DNA from: a virus
Taxonomy: Duplodnaviria > Heunggongvirae > Uroviricota > Caudoviricetes
Virus record (IMG/VR): IMGVR_UViG_2541047861_000013
Strand: one strand, 5' to 3'
Length of the DNA stretch: 20,787 bases
Position 1 is the stretch's first letter, and every line of letters begins with the position of its first letter. Shown here piece after piece: positions 7,983 through 15,103 of the stretch. The position numbers were made by a program, and so were the translations under genes. The notes below the pieces were generated by a model. That model was not told the origin of the DNA. It saw only the letters and a program-made list of their open reading frames with translations, and ran no database searches.

Positions 7983-8010
7983 AGCCAGCCTATGAGCTGG
8001 CTTTGTTTTA
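7983..8010 (+). terminator. Intrinsic terminator after the moron ORF
   Basis: AGCCAGC-ctatga-GCTGGCT followed by TTGTTTTA. Confidence 0.55.
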
Positions 8011-8052
8011 TCCTCACCAGAGGATATCAACGACATTATCCCCACCAGCGGA

Positions 8053-9528
8053 TTAAGCATAGGGATCGTAATCTGTGATGGCCTTGCCTTGCTGGTTCTG
8101 CTGACCGGGAATTCGCAGACGCTTCGACACAGGGAACGCAAACGTCAGCAGTAGCGCATCGCCTTTACCAGGAGAACGCCCAAGTCGCTCTTTGATATCT
8201 TCCTTCGGTTCGATAACGATTTTACCGTCCACTCGAACTTTGTACTCTGCTGCCGACAGGTCGTCCGCTGTTTCCTGGTCATCCAGCATGCCACCGAGCC
8301 TCAGCCATGTCTTGCATGAGTTGAACATCTCCCCACGCTTGTTGAGCATCTGCGGGTCAGTAGACGCGCCACCGAACGGAACAAGTTGCCATGTACGACC
8401 CCAGCCGTCACCGATTGACTTCAAACCGGTTCCGTAACCGAAGTCGATGAACACCGCGTCAGCCTGATACTGGTCTTCAAAGTCAGCGATACGCTTCGCC
8501 ATAATCAGATCGTCGGTAGTCTTGTTGCCAGTCCACAGCACCTTACTGTGTAGCCCCTGCCGCAGGTATATCACAGCGTCATCAACGCCGGAGTATGCCG
8601 GGTCAACGCCGATTATCACCGGAGCATGTGCAACCTGCGCAGCGGTTACCACCCGTTTCATTGCCTCGTCAGTAAGACCGGTAGGGATAAACTGCAATTC
8701 AGATGCATCAGGGAATATGCCACGCACACGGATTTTAACGAAGTCGCTGTCTTCCCCGTAGTCATCAACCCATTTCTGCAACTGCTGTTTGTTAGTGCCT
8801 TCCACCGTCCGGCTGTCAATCTGCGCAGTTTTCCAGCGGTGTTTATATTTGCGGAAACATTCGCGAAAACGCCCGGTGTTACGTGTAGGGTTTCCGAACG
8901 CCACCCAAATAATCTCAGTGTCTTCGTCCGTAAGCGCACCCTCGGCAACTTCCCACACCAGATCCGCAATGTTCGACGCTTCATCAAACACCACGATGAT
9001 GCGTTTGCGCTCGTTGTGTAGTCCGGCGAATGCCTCAGTGTTGTGCTCAGACCAGGGTATTGCGTCAGCCCGCCACCGCTTGTCGTGCCCAGGGTCATTG
9101 CTGTACATCGCGGTAGCGGTACAGGTAAACCAGTCTTTCGTGATAGCAAGGTTCGACCACTTGATAATTTCCGGCCAGGTCTTCGTTCGTAGCTGGTTGT
9201 CGGTGTTGGCGGTCACCACGACCTTACAATCCTCGCAAGTGGACATGCCCCAGTTGATGAGCATTGAGATGAATGCGGATTTACCAATACCGTGACCAGA
9301 AGCACGTGCCAGCATAAGCGGCTGATAACGCGTCTCTGGATTCTGCAGGTGATCACGTATCTCTCGGAACGCATCGGCCTGCCACTGACGTGGACCGGTA
9401 GCATGTGCCAGTTCAGTCCCCTCTTCCCCCCAAGGGAACGCATAGAGGGCATAGCCAAGCGGATCGTGAGTGAACCCTGCAATATCTTCGATTAACTGCT
9501 CTTCAGGAGATAACGCTGCATCTGTCAC
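8053..9528 (-). CDS. Terminase large subunit
   Basis: Walker A (ARASGHGIGKSAF) and Walker B-like IVVFDEA motifs; 491 aa; GTG start overlapping the small-subunit stop (GTGA). Confidence 0.85.
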   Translation of the reverse strand: MTDAALSPEEQLIEDIAGFTHDPLGYALYAFPWGEEGTELAHATGPRQWQADAFREIRDHLQNPETRYQPLMLARASGHGIGKSAFISMLINWGMSTCEDCKVVVTANTDNQLRTKTWPEIIKWSNLAITKDWFTCTATAMYSNDPGHDKRWRADAIPWSEHNTEAFAGLHNERKRIIVVFDEASNIADLVWEVAEGALTDEDTEIIWVAFGNPTRNTGRFRECFRKYKHRWKTAQIDSRTVEGTNKQQLQKWVDDYGEDSDFVKIRVRGIFPDASELQFIPTGLTDEAMKRVVTAAQVAHAPVIIGVDPAYSGVDDAVIYLRQGLHSKVLWTGNKTTDDLIMAKRIADFEDQYQADAVFIDFGYGTGLKSIGDGWGRTWQLVPFGGASTDPQMLNKRGEMFNSCKTWLRLGGMLDDQETADDLSAAEYKVRVDGKIVIEPKEDIKERLGRSPGKGDALLLTFAFPVSKRLRIPGQQNQQGKAITDYDPYA

Positions 9529-10118
9529 TGATTACCATCCTGACGTTCTTTGAGTCGCTTCCTGGCTGCCGCTATGCGATCAGCAATTGTCACATTCACA
9601 TTAACATCCAGTCGTTCTTTGAATGCGTTGACGTCGACGTGCTTACCAATCAGTTCGAGGTTCTTCACCTTGTCAGGCCATTTAATTTTTTTGAGGATTG
9701 TCTCTATCGAATCCTCGTTCATGTTCATGATGGTCGATGACAGATCAAAGCCGCTAAGCGTAGTGCGCCAGATTTTCGGCCACTCGCGGATTGGCTTAAG
9801 GCTCCCATCGTCGTTGAGGATATCAATCACGTCCATCTGGTCGATCTCCACCAGGCGCATGAGAACGTAATCAGCACTGACGCGCATTCGTTTGTTGCGC
9901 TCCTCCATCAACTCGGCAATCCGTTTCTGAATGCGTTCATCGCGCATCATGACACTGGCTTTAACTGCCGCTGTATTTGGGGAGAATCCTGCATTAATCG
10001 CAGCCTGAGTCTGGTTTTCAGGCGTTTTGATGTATGACTGGCAATAAGCCTCCTGCATTGCTGTTAGTGGCTTAAATTGCGTTGATTTGCGTTTATAGGC
10101 TTTAGGTTCAGCAGGCAT
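9525..10118 (-). CDS. Terminase small subunit (P27-like family)
   Basis: ...LTAMQEAYCQSYIKTPENQTQAAINAGFSPNTAAVKAS... matches the conserved small-terminase HTH region as I remember it. Start set at the ATG-ATG pair (10121/10118) preceded by GGTGG; the track's extended TTG start would read through the operator repeats. Confidence 0.75.
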   Translation of the reverse strand: MPAEPKAYKRKSTQFKPLTAMQEAYCQSYIKTPENQTQAAINAGFSPNTAAVKASVMMRDERIQKRIAELMEERNKRMRVSADYVLMRLVEIDQMDVIDILNDDGSLKPIREWPKIWRTTLSGFDLSSTIMNMNEDSIETILKKIKWPDKVKNLELIGKHVDVNAFKERLDVNVNVTIADRIAAARKRLKERQDGNQ

Positions 10119-10120
10119 CA

Positions 10121-10153
10121 TAACCACCGTGGTAATAGTTACCGTTGTGGTAA
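10121..10153 (-). promoter_or_regulatory. Tandem operator-like sites at the terminase small-subunit start
   Basis: TAACCACCGTGGTAA (10121-10135, one mismatch) and TTACCGTTGTGGTAA (10139-10153, perfect), 18 bp apart, just downstream of a minus-strand terminator. Confidence 0.45.
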
Positions 10154-10162
10154 TAGTAACAT

Positions 10163-10190
10163 GCAAAATAAAGCCGCCATAGTTGGCGGC
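10163..10190 (-). terminator. Intrinsic terminator separating the nin-like genes from the packaging operon
   Basis: GCCGCC-atagtt-GGCGGC followed on the minus strand by UUUAUUUUG. Confidence 0.45.
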
Positions 10191-10195
10191 AGTAT

Positions 10196-10408
10196 TCAAA
10201 GTCCATCAAATTCATCGTAAAAACTCTCGTCAAGATACCCTTCCCATTTACCGCGAATGAAAATTACATCCTCGCCGCAAGGGTGCTGACTGTCGATAAC
10301 TATATCCCTCCTGGCGCAACCATACTTATGCATGAGAAATTTAACCTCTTTCGGAAAATTTGCTGAGTTATCTCTCATATCTTCAAGGTCGTAGCGTATT
10401 TTTGGCAT
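10196..10408 (-). CDS. Hypothetical small protein (70 aa)
   Basis: ATG at 10408 (MPKIRYDLEDM...) preceded by GAAGGTG; the alternative GTG at 10429 lies inside the 12-bp palindrome. Confidence 0.4.
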   Translation of the reverse strand: MPKIRYDLEDMRDNSANFPKEVKFLMHKYGCARRDIVIDSQHPCGEDVIFIRGKWEGYLDESFYDEFDGL

Positions 10409-10417
10409 AACACCTTC

Positions 10418-10429
10418 GTGACATGTCAC
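10418..10429. repeat. 12-bp palindrome GTGACATGTCAC (second copy of the 7966-7979 core)
   Basis: Read directly; overlaps the stop codon of the 112-aa gene. Confidence 0.6.
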
Positions 10430-10764
10430 ACTATTAATTTCGTTTCATGCCAGCCTTTAGTCACCCAGCATTGTGAGTCACCATTACACGGACATGAATT
10501 AACTGGAACTCTCTCGCCGCACTTACCGCAACGTTTTCTACTGATCGATTTTATACGCCCGCGCACGCGTGCATCATCCTGGCGGATCAGTAACGCTATA
10601 TACTCACCAAATTCGTAAGGCGCACGCCCGGGGCGACGCGCGGCACAGTTACGCTCAAGCATTTCAATTTCCTGAGCATCAAGCACAATCTCCAGCTTAC
10701 GTACACCGGATGCAGCTTGTCTGGCTCTCTGAGCGGCTTTGCGCTCTGCTGCTGATTTAGCCAT
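10426..10764 (-). CDS. Hypothetical protein with C-terminal Cys-cluster (zinc-ribbon-like), 112 aa
   Basis: Ala/Arg-rich N-terminus; C-terminal CGKCG...CPC...C; ATG at 10764 with AAAGGTGA SD 6 nt upstream. Confidence 0.45.
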   Translation of the reverse strand: MAKSAAERKAAQRARQAASGVRKLEIVLDAQEIEMLERNCAARRPGRAPYEFGEYIALLIRQDDARVRGRIKSISRKRCGKCGERVPVNSCPCNGDSQCWVTKGWHETKLIV

Positions 10765-11038
10765 CAATATTCACCTTTATCGCGTAAACCTTTACCGGTT
10801 TATCGCCGAAGTGCGGATGTGTGATTGTCTTGATTTCATATCCGTCATACGGGACGTCAATTCTGCGGCTGGAATCGTCGCGCTTCGGATATCCCTTTGT
10901 GATAATCAGGCGGTCATGCTTACGGTTAACGAGGCGCTTTTTCCAGTAGTCATTAACAAGGCGATACTCTTCCGTTTTCTCTCCGCGAATCATGGCATCG
11001 AAGTATTCACCTTTAACGGCAAGTTGCAAGTTAGCCAC
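10757..11038 (-). CDS. Hypothetical protein, possibly ASCH/DUF3850-like (93 aa, GTG start)
   Basis: GTG at 11038 is preceded by a perfect AGGAGG SD at 6-nt spacing; KGEYFDAMIRGEKTEEYR resembles ASCH-type domains from memory. Confidence 0.4.
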   Translation of the reverse strand: MANLQLAVKGEYFDAMIRGEKTEEYRLVNDYWKKRLVNRKHDRLIITKGYPKRDDSSRRIDVPYDGYEIKTITHPHFGDKPVKVYAIKVNIDG

Positions 11039-11723
11039 GGTTAACCTCCTGCTTCGGTGCTGCTGGCATTTCACGCCAGTGCGTAACTGAGTGCGGATCC
11101 GGATATTCGGTGCCATCATCCCAGCGATTACCATTCCACATTGCAGACCACATCTCACCGTCTTCATACATGACCATTACCGGAATTAACTTATCCGGCA
11201 TTCGCTCACTACAGCTTATCCAACCATCCGGAGTTACCGGATAGTTGCCAGCCTGAACAGTAGGCATATCAGGACCTTTGCGAATCGCCCTGGCAAGATC
11301 GATTGGGTCGTCGTACAACCAGTCACCTGTTTGCGGATGATTGGCTTCTGCCAATTGTGCAGCCCACTCCAGGCCGTCTTTGTGTCCTTGCAGATAGTCC
11401 AGCGGTAACTCATCACTATTACTTACAGGTTCGGCTTCCAGCTCAACGCGCAGCTTCCCTACCGTTAGCGCAATATCCTCGTTCTCCTGGTCGCGGGATT
11501 TGATGTATTGCTGGTTTCTTTCCCGTTCATCCAGCAGCGCCAGCACGGTTTCTGGTCCGGTCAGAAATTTGAAGGCGTTGAGCGCATCAATATCCACACC
11601 GTAATCCTTAAGTTCCTGTTCACTTAACAAATCATCATCAACTGGCAACATTAACAGGCGTTCCATTGCTGGAATTGCACGTTCCGCCACCTCACGCAGT
11701 GCCTGGTAATTAATTTCGCTCAC
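11031..11723 (-). CDS. Ead/Ea22-like N-terminus fused to a DUF551-like C-terminus (230 aa)
   Basis: Starts MSEINYQALREVAERA (typical Ea22-like opening); C-terminal WISCSERMP...THWREMP resembles DUF551; GTG start with AAGGAGG SD. Confidence 0.5.
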   Translation of the reverse strand: MSEINYQALREVAERAIPAMERLLMLPVDDDLLSEQELKDYGVDIDALNAFKFLTGPETVLALLDERERNQQYIKSRDQENEDIALTVGKLRVELEAEPVSNSDELPLDYLQGHKDGLEWAAQLAEANHPQTGDWLYDDPIDLARAIRKGPDMPTVQAGNYPVTPDGWISCSERMPDKLIPVMVMYEDGEMWSAMWNGNRWDDGTEYPDPHSVTHWREMPAAPKQEVNRG

Positions 11724-12238
11724 TGATTGCCTCCTTTGCGAAGCTGGGCAGCAAAGTCAACTAACCACTCAGTCATTTCAACCTTCCCTACCAGGTCTGA
11801 ACCAGGGTGCATACAGCAATCACTCTGCGCCGCTTTGAAATCCTTATACTCATATTCTTGGGCCACCAGATTTTTTGCAGCTTCTATAGCAGCATCCACG
11901 CCCTGTGCCCGCAGTTCCGACAGGAAAGCATCGGTGGCTGGCATATTTCCTGTTGCCTTCATGGCCTCCAAAATAACCAGAACGCCATCTCTCCCAACCT
12001 CCTCGCAAATAACCTCGGTGTTGTCGCCAACAACATCGCAGAATGCCTGAACTGCTTTACGAGCAAGTGAATTCTCCGCCGCCAGCGCATTAGCACGCAC
12101 CAGTTGCACTTCCAGTTGCGTTGCCAAATCGCTGATCAGCTTTGCCACACTGCGCATATCAACGGCACCACATTCTGCTTTCAGTTCCGAAGCCATCTCA
12201 TGCCCGGAGGAAACTAACCCTTTGATATTACTTTCCAT
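11720..12238 (-). CDS. Hypothetical protein (172 aa)
   Basis: ORF with GAGG SD; acidic, helical-looking; no motif recognised. Confidence 0.45.
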   Translation of the reverse strand: MESNIKGLVSSGHEMASELKAECGAVDMRSVAKLISDLATQLEVQLVRANALAAENSLARKAVQAFCDVVGDNTEVICEEVGRDGVLVILEAMKATGNMPATDAFLSELRAQGVDAAIEAAKNLVAQEYEYKDFKAAQSDCCMHPGSDLVGKVEMTEWLVDFAAQLRKGGNQ

Positions 12239-12299
12239 CTTTACCCTCGCTTATCCACATAACTTATTGATTACATTGATAACTAAAAAGATCGTCGAT

Positions 12300-12644
12300 T
12301 CAGAACTCTTCGATGTTCCAGCCACCACCTGCTTTCTTTGGCTTAACCGTTACCCCGATGATTCGGAACGGATACTGATCTGCGGCGACTTTGGTTTTCA
12401 CCCTGGCGTCGTCGGTCCAGAAACCTTTCACTTCGTGCAGTTCCATCTCGCCGGTGGCGAGCATCACAGCGAAATCTGGCGTATAGAACGTGTTGTCAGC
12501 TAACCGCAGCTTGATACCCTCGAATCGATACCAGGCGATTTCCCCTGCACGTTTACGCAGCTCAAGGTGCTGGCAATACGCAGATTCTGTTTTGTTCATC
12601 TGGCCTGTTTTGAGTCGACCAAGAGCCTGTATCTGTTTTCTCAT
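12300..12644 (-). CDS. DUF1064-like putative PD-(D/E)XK nuclease (114 aa)
   Basis: ...YTPDFAV...ELHEVKG... gives a D...E.K signature typical of small resolvase-like nucleases in phage nin regions. Confidence 0.55.
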   Translation of the reverse strand: MRKQIQALGRLKTGQMNKTESAYCQHLELRKRAGEIAWYRFEGIKLRLADNTFYTPDFAVMLATGEMELHEVKGFWTDDARVKTKVAADQYPFRIIGVTVKPKKAGGGWNIEEF

Positions 12645-12647
12645 GAT

Positions 12648-12724
12648 TTACCCCTGAGGTAATTAAAAACCACATAAGACACGAAATCAATAGAGTTTAG
12701 AATATTTTGTTACCCAGCAGGTAA
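12648..12724 (-). promoter_or_regulatory. Promoter flanked by two perfect operator sites, driving the nin-like genes
   Basis: Minus-strand -35 TTGATT (plus 12685-12690), 17-bp spacer, -10 TTTAAT (12662-12667). TTACCCAGCAGGTAA (12710-12724) lies upstream of the -35; TTACCCCTGAGGTAA (12648-12662) lies between the -10 and the start codon. Confidence 0.5.
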
Positions 12725-12761
12725 TTATCAAGACGTAAAAAAATGCGCTATCGCGCTGGTA

Positions 12762-13544
12762 TTACTTGATAAATCCTGCCGCCTTTCCCCGCCTGTATTC
12801 CTCCATCAGCCACTGCGCCGGTGTTATTCCCCCTAGGGTGGCGGCGTTAGGCATGCACCCGAAACTTCGCCCTGGTGGATGGTAAACGTCTCTCCCTGTG
12901 TCCGGAGGCGTACTCATTGGTTCTGGCTTTGCCTGTATGCTGATCACCGGATCGGGTATCTGCTGTCCGGAAGCCACCTTTTTCGCCCAATCATCGAGCA
13001 GCCTGCGCGCGTGTTTCTCAACCTCAATCTCGCTAAGCTGGCGCTGATACATTGCACGGCGGGTATCACATACGACCCAGTACATAACCGGATGTCGCCA
13101 CGGGAATCTTTCGGGACCACCAGGATATAAACTTTTTTCCTTGCTGTACCGGTGAAACTCCGCCATCACATCGTCAATGGTGACGCCAAGAACCATCTTG
13201 CTGTCTTTGCACCACTTGATGAATTGCCCAGGCGACGGCCAGAACGGAGATTCACTGGCGCGGGCGTGGCGCATACCAGCGTTAACCTGTTCCATTGTTG
13301 TGATCCCATTCTCCAGAAACGCAAGCATCCATTGTTTTCGAAATTCGTTTAGCTTTCCTTGCTCGCTGATAGCAGCGATGCTGCCTGGAAATGCAGCCTG
13401 TAACTGGACAAACATTTCGTTGAAAATTCTTGCAACCTGCTCCTTCTTTGCCCTTTCATCGTCAGCAGAAGCAACCGCCGTCGAGTGGTCATGCCCACCA
13501 CGAAAGCGATCGTACTCATTAAGAAGTTCTGGAGTTGATTTCAT
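12762..13544 (-). CDS. Lambda P-like replication protein (DnaB helicase loader)
   Basis: WMLAFLENGITTMEQVNAGMRHARASESPFWPSPGQFIKWC is near-identical to the lambda P segment as I recall it (WVLAFRENGITTMEQVNAGMRVARRQNRPFLPSPGQFVAWC); start set at the ATG (MKSTPELL) with GAGGTG SD. Confidence 0.75.
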   Translation of the reverse strand: MKSTPELLNEYDRFRGGHDHSTAVASADDERAKKEQVARIFNEMFVQLQAAFPGSIAAISEQGKLNEFRKQWMLAFLENGITTMEQVNAGMRHARASESPFWPSPGQFIKWCKDSKMVLGVTIDDVMAEFHRYSKEKSLYPGGPERFPWRHPVMYWVVCDTRRAMYQRQLSEIEVEKHARRLLDDWAKKVASGQQIPDPVISIQAKPEPMSTPPDTGRDVYHPPGRSFGCMPNAATLGGITPAQWLMEEYRRGKAAGFIK

Positions 13545-14352
13545 CCCACACCTCATCTATCCAGTCAGTGTTATGCCAGTCAAGGCTCTTTCTGACTTCA
13601 CCTGATTTCTGTCTACAGAACTGGATGCGCCTTGCCAGCTTCTGCTCCCACTGTGCCTGATGGTATGCCTTACCCTCAGCCATCCAGTAAATTCTGAACT
13701 CTGCAAGTTCCTGTGCCGTTGGCAGACTGTCCAGGTAGATTCCCTGCAATGAGCTTTTCCGAAGAAAGTCATCTGATGGCTGCCATTGTTCATGCATGAC
13801 AAATTTACCTAATTGCCCTGGCCCACCAGGAGGAACAAAGTTATTCATCACGGCGTTGTTTGCGCCGGGGTCATGAGGAACAGAATCCCCGGTTTTTGTC
13901 CTGCTCTCCCTCTCTTGGTTAAATGACTGGTTATATGACTGGTTCTGGATCCCGTTTTTGGGATCATTCAACATCCCGTTTTTGGGATCATTCAACATCC
14001 CGTTTTTGGGTATATTCCCGTTTTCGGTAACATTACCGTTTTCGGGTTCATTGCCCCCCTCCCGGTTGCCTTTAATGTTCCCGTTTTTGGTTATATTAAG
14101 AGAGAAAACCCGCACTCTTTTTGTCGCTCCCTTTCTCTCTCCGGTATCTGAAATAAGCCCCATTTTCATGAGCGATATAAGCCCGGCCTGCACGGTTTTT
14201 TTATTCAGGCAAGTGTCTTTAACGAGGCGTTCTATGCTGGGGTAGCAGAGGTTATATTCATCGGCTCTGTCAGCCATCGAGAGCAGTATGAGCTTTAATG
14301 ATGAGCTACCTGGATCTGTCTCCCAGGCCCAATCTGTTGCATGTCTGCTCAT
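13519..14352 (-). CDS. Lambda O-like replication initiator with origin iterons inside the gene
   Basis: Sits upstream of and overlapping the P-like gene; central Asn/Gly-rich repeats (NGMLNDPKNGMLNDPKNG) are encoded by the DNA iterons. Confidence 0.55.
   Translation of the reverse strand: MSRHATDWAWETDPGSSSLKLILLSMADRADEYNLCYPSIERLVKDTCLNKKTVQAGLISLMKMGLISDTGERKGATKRVRVFSLNITKNGNIKGNREGGNEPENGNVTENGNIPKNGMLNDPKNGMLNDPKNGIQNQSYNQSFNQERESRTKTGDSVPHDPGANNAVMNNFVPPGGPGQLGKFVMHEQWQPSDDFLRKSSLQGIYLDSLPTAQELAEFRIYWMAEGKAYHQAQWEQKLARRIQFCRQKSGEVRKSLDWHNTDWIDEVWDEINSRTS
13951..14091. repeat. Origin iterons: CCCGTTTTTGGG cores
   Basis: Three perfect copies at 24-bp spacing (13951, 13975, 13999) plus degenerate copies at 14017, 14035 and 14080, all within the O-like ORF. 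Confidence 0.6.
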
Positions 14353-14367
14353 GATTAATCTCCGCTA

Positions 14368-14568
14368 TCAGCTTGAGTGTTGTGGGGAGGAATTAATCAT
14401 GATCTGCTTAATCTCTGCCCTGATGCGACGGTTTGATTCCATGGTGCACTCAACACAGTGTCCGTTGTAAACCCAGCGTTCACTGTCATGTCCGTGCTTA
14501 CATGGTTTTCCGGTGTAGTAGCGTTTAAGTCCGCGCTTTGCGGCATCAATACGTGTAATGATTTCCAT
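14368..14568 (-). CDS. Small Cys/His-cluster protein (66 aa) in the cII-equivalent position
   Basis: MEIITRI...KPCKHGHDSERWVYNGHCVEC...; ATG at 14568 with AGGG SD; the longer track ORF (to 14631) has no SD. Confidence 0.4.
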   Translation of the reverse strand: MEIITRIDAAKRGLKRYYTGKPCKHGHDSERWVYNGHCVECTMESNRRIRAEIKQIMINSSPQHSS

Positions 14569-14602
14569 GGTAAGCCCTGTTATTAGTATTGGGATTACGG
14601 TT

Positions 14603-14663
14603 ATTTTGTGCTGACACAAAAAAAAGATCAACCAGATTTGGTTTTTTATTACCTTTGAGGTAC
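14603..14663 (-). promoter_or_regulatory. Promoter with upstream operator-like site between cro and the replication genes
   Basis: Minus-strand -35 TTGATC (plus 14626-14631), 17-bp spacer, -10 CAAAAT (14603-14608); TTACCTTTGAGGTAC (14649-14663, one mismatch) 18 bp upstream of the -35. Confidence 0.35.
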
Positions 14664-14674
14664 GAATAGATATG

Positions 14675-14696
14675 AAAAGACCGCCGGGTGGCGGTC
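14675..14696 (-). terminator. Intrinsic terminator downstream of the Cro-like gene
   Basis: GACCGCC-acc c-GGCGGTC followed on the minus strand by UUUUCAU. Confidence 0.5.
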
Positions 14697-14718
14697 TACA
14701 GAGGGTTGTGGCTGGATA

Positions 14719-14949
14719 TCATGAGTAGAAGAAGTATGCCAGTTCTGCTTTTGAGCGCAGCCATTGTCTTGTTTTACAGGCTTTAAAAAGCCCATTCATC
14801 AATACTTTACCTGGCATTTTTCGCTTACCTGTTAAGTGAGTCTGGATATAGTGACTCGTCGTTCCGGCTTCCTGTGCGAAGGCTTCACGCTCATCCGGAG
14901 TAAGTGCAAGCCAGTGCTTTTTGAAATCGAAATGTCCGTTATCGCTCAT
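14719..14949 (-). CDS. Cro-like HTH regulator (76 aa)
   Basis: Divergent from the repressor gene across the operator region; small protein with a putative HTH; weak SD. Confidence 0.55.
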   Translation of the reverse strand: MSDNGHFDFKKHWLALTPDEREAFAQEAGTTSHYIQTHLTGKRKMPGKVLMNGLFKACKTRQWLRSKAELAYFFYS

Positions 14950-14985
14950 AGCTATTGCCTGATATTTATTTCAGATAATAAATAT

Positions 14986-15048
14986 TCACCCATAAGGTAA
15001 CAAAAATCAAGGATAGTTACCTATGAGGTGCATTTACCTGTTGGGTAA
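14986..15048. promoter_or_regulatory. Right-operator-like region with three TTACC-N5-GGTAA-type sites between the Cro-like and repressor genes
   Basis: TCACCCATAAGGTAA (14986-15000), TTACCTATGAGGTGC (15017-15031), TTACCTGTTGGGTAA (15034-15048, perfect); the last two are 17 bp apart. Confidence 0.6.
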
Positions 15049-15103
15049 TATTGCTTTAAATTGAATCATCTACTGATTCATATATGAGGCGATTTTCCAG
15101 AAA

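Noticed and set aside
8626-9295. Several ORFs on both strands inside the terminase large-subunit gene
   Set aside because: Overlap the Walker-motif-containing terminase frame; no independent start signals.
13557-13802. 81-codon minus-strand ORF inside the O-like gene
   Set aside because: Alternative frame wholly inside the O-like ORF with no SD; shadow.
14021-14040. GGTAAC-ATTACC inside the iteron region, resembling operator half-sites
   Set aside because: Half-sites are in the opposite order and spacing from the TTACC-N5-GGTAA operator; part of degenerate iterons.
13951-14091. Regularly spaced direct repeats that could be mistaken for a CRISPR array
   Set aside because: 24-bp periodicity with no unique spacers, located inside a replication initiator ORF and encoding a peptide repeat; these are origin iterons.
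8011-15103. Looked for an endolysin/holin cassette and N- or Q-type antiterminators between the replication and packaging modules
   Set aside because: No ORF with lysozyme-like catalytic motifs, holin-like transmembrane pattern or an Arg-rich N-type motif was recognised; absence is recorded, not a feature call.
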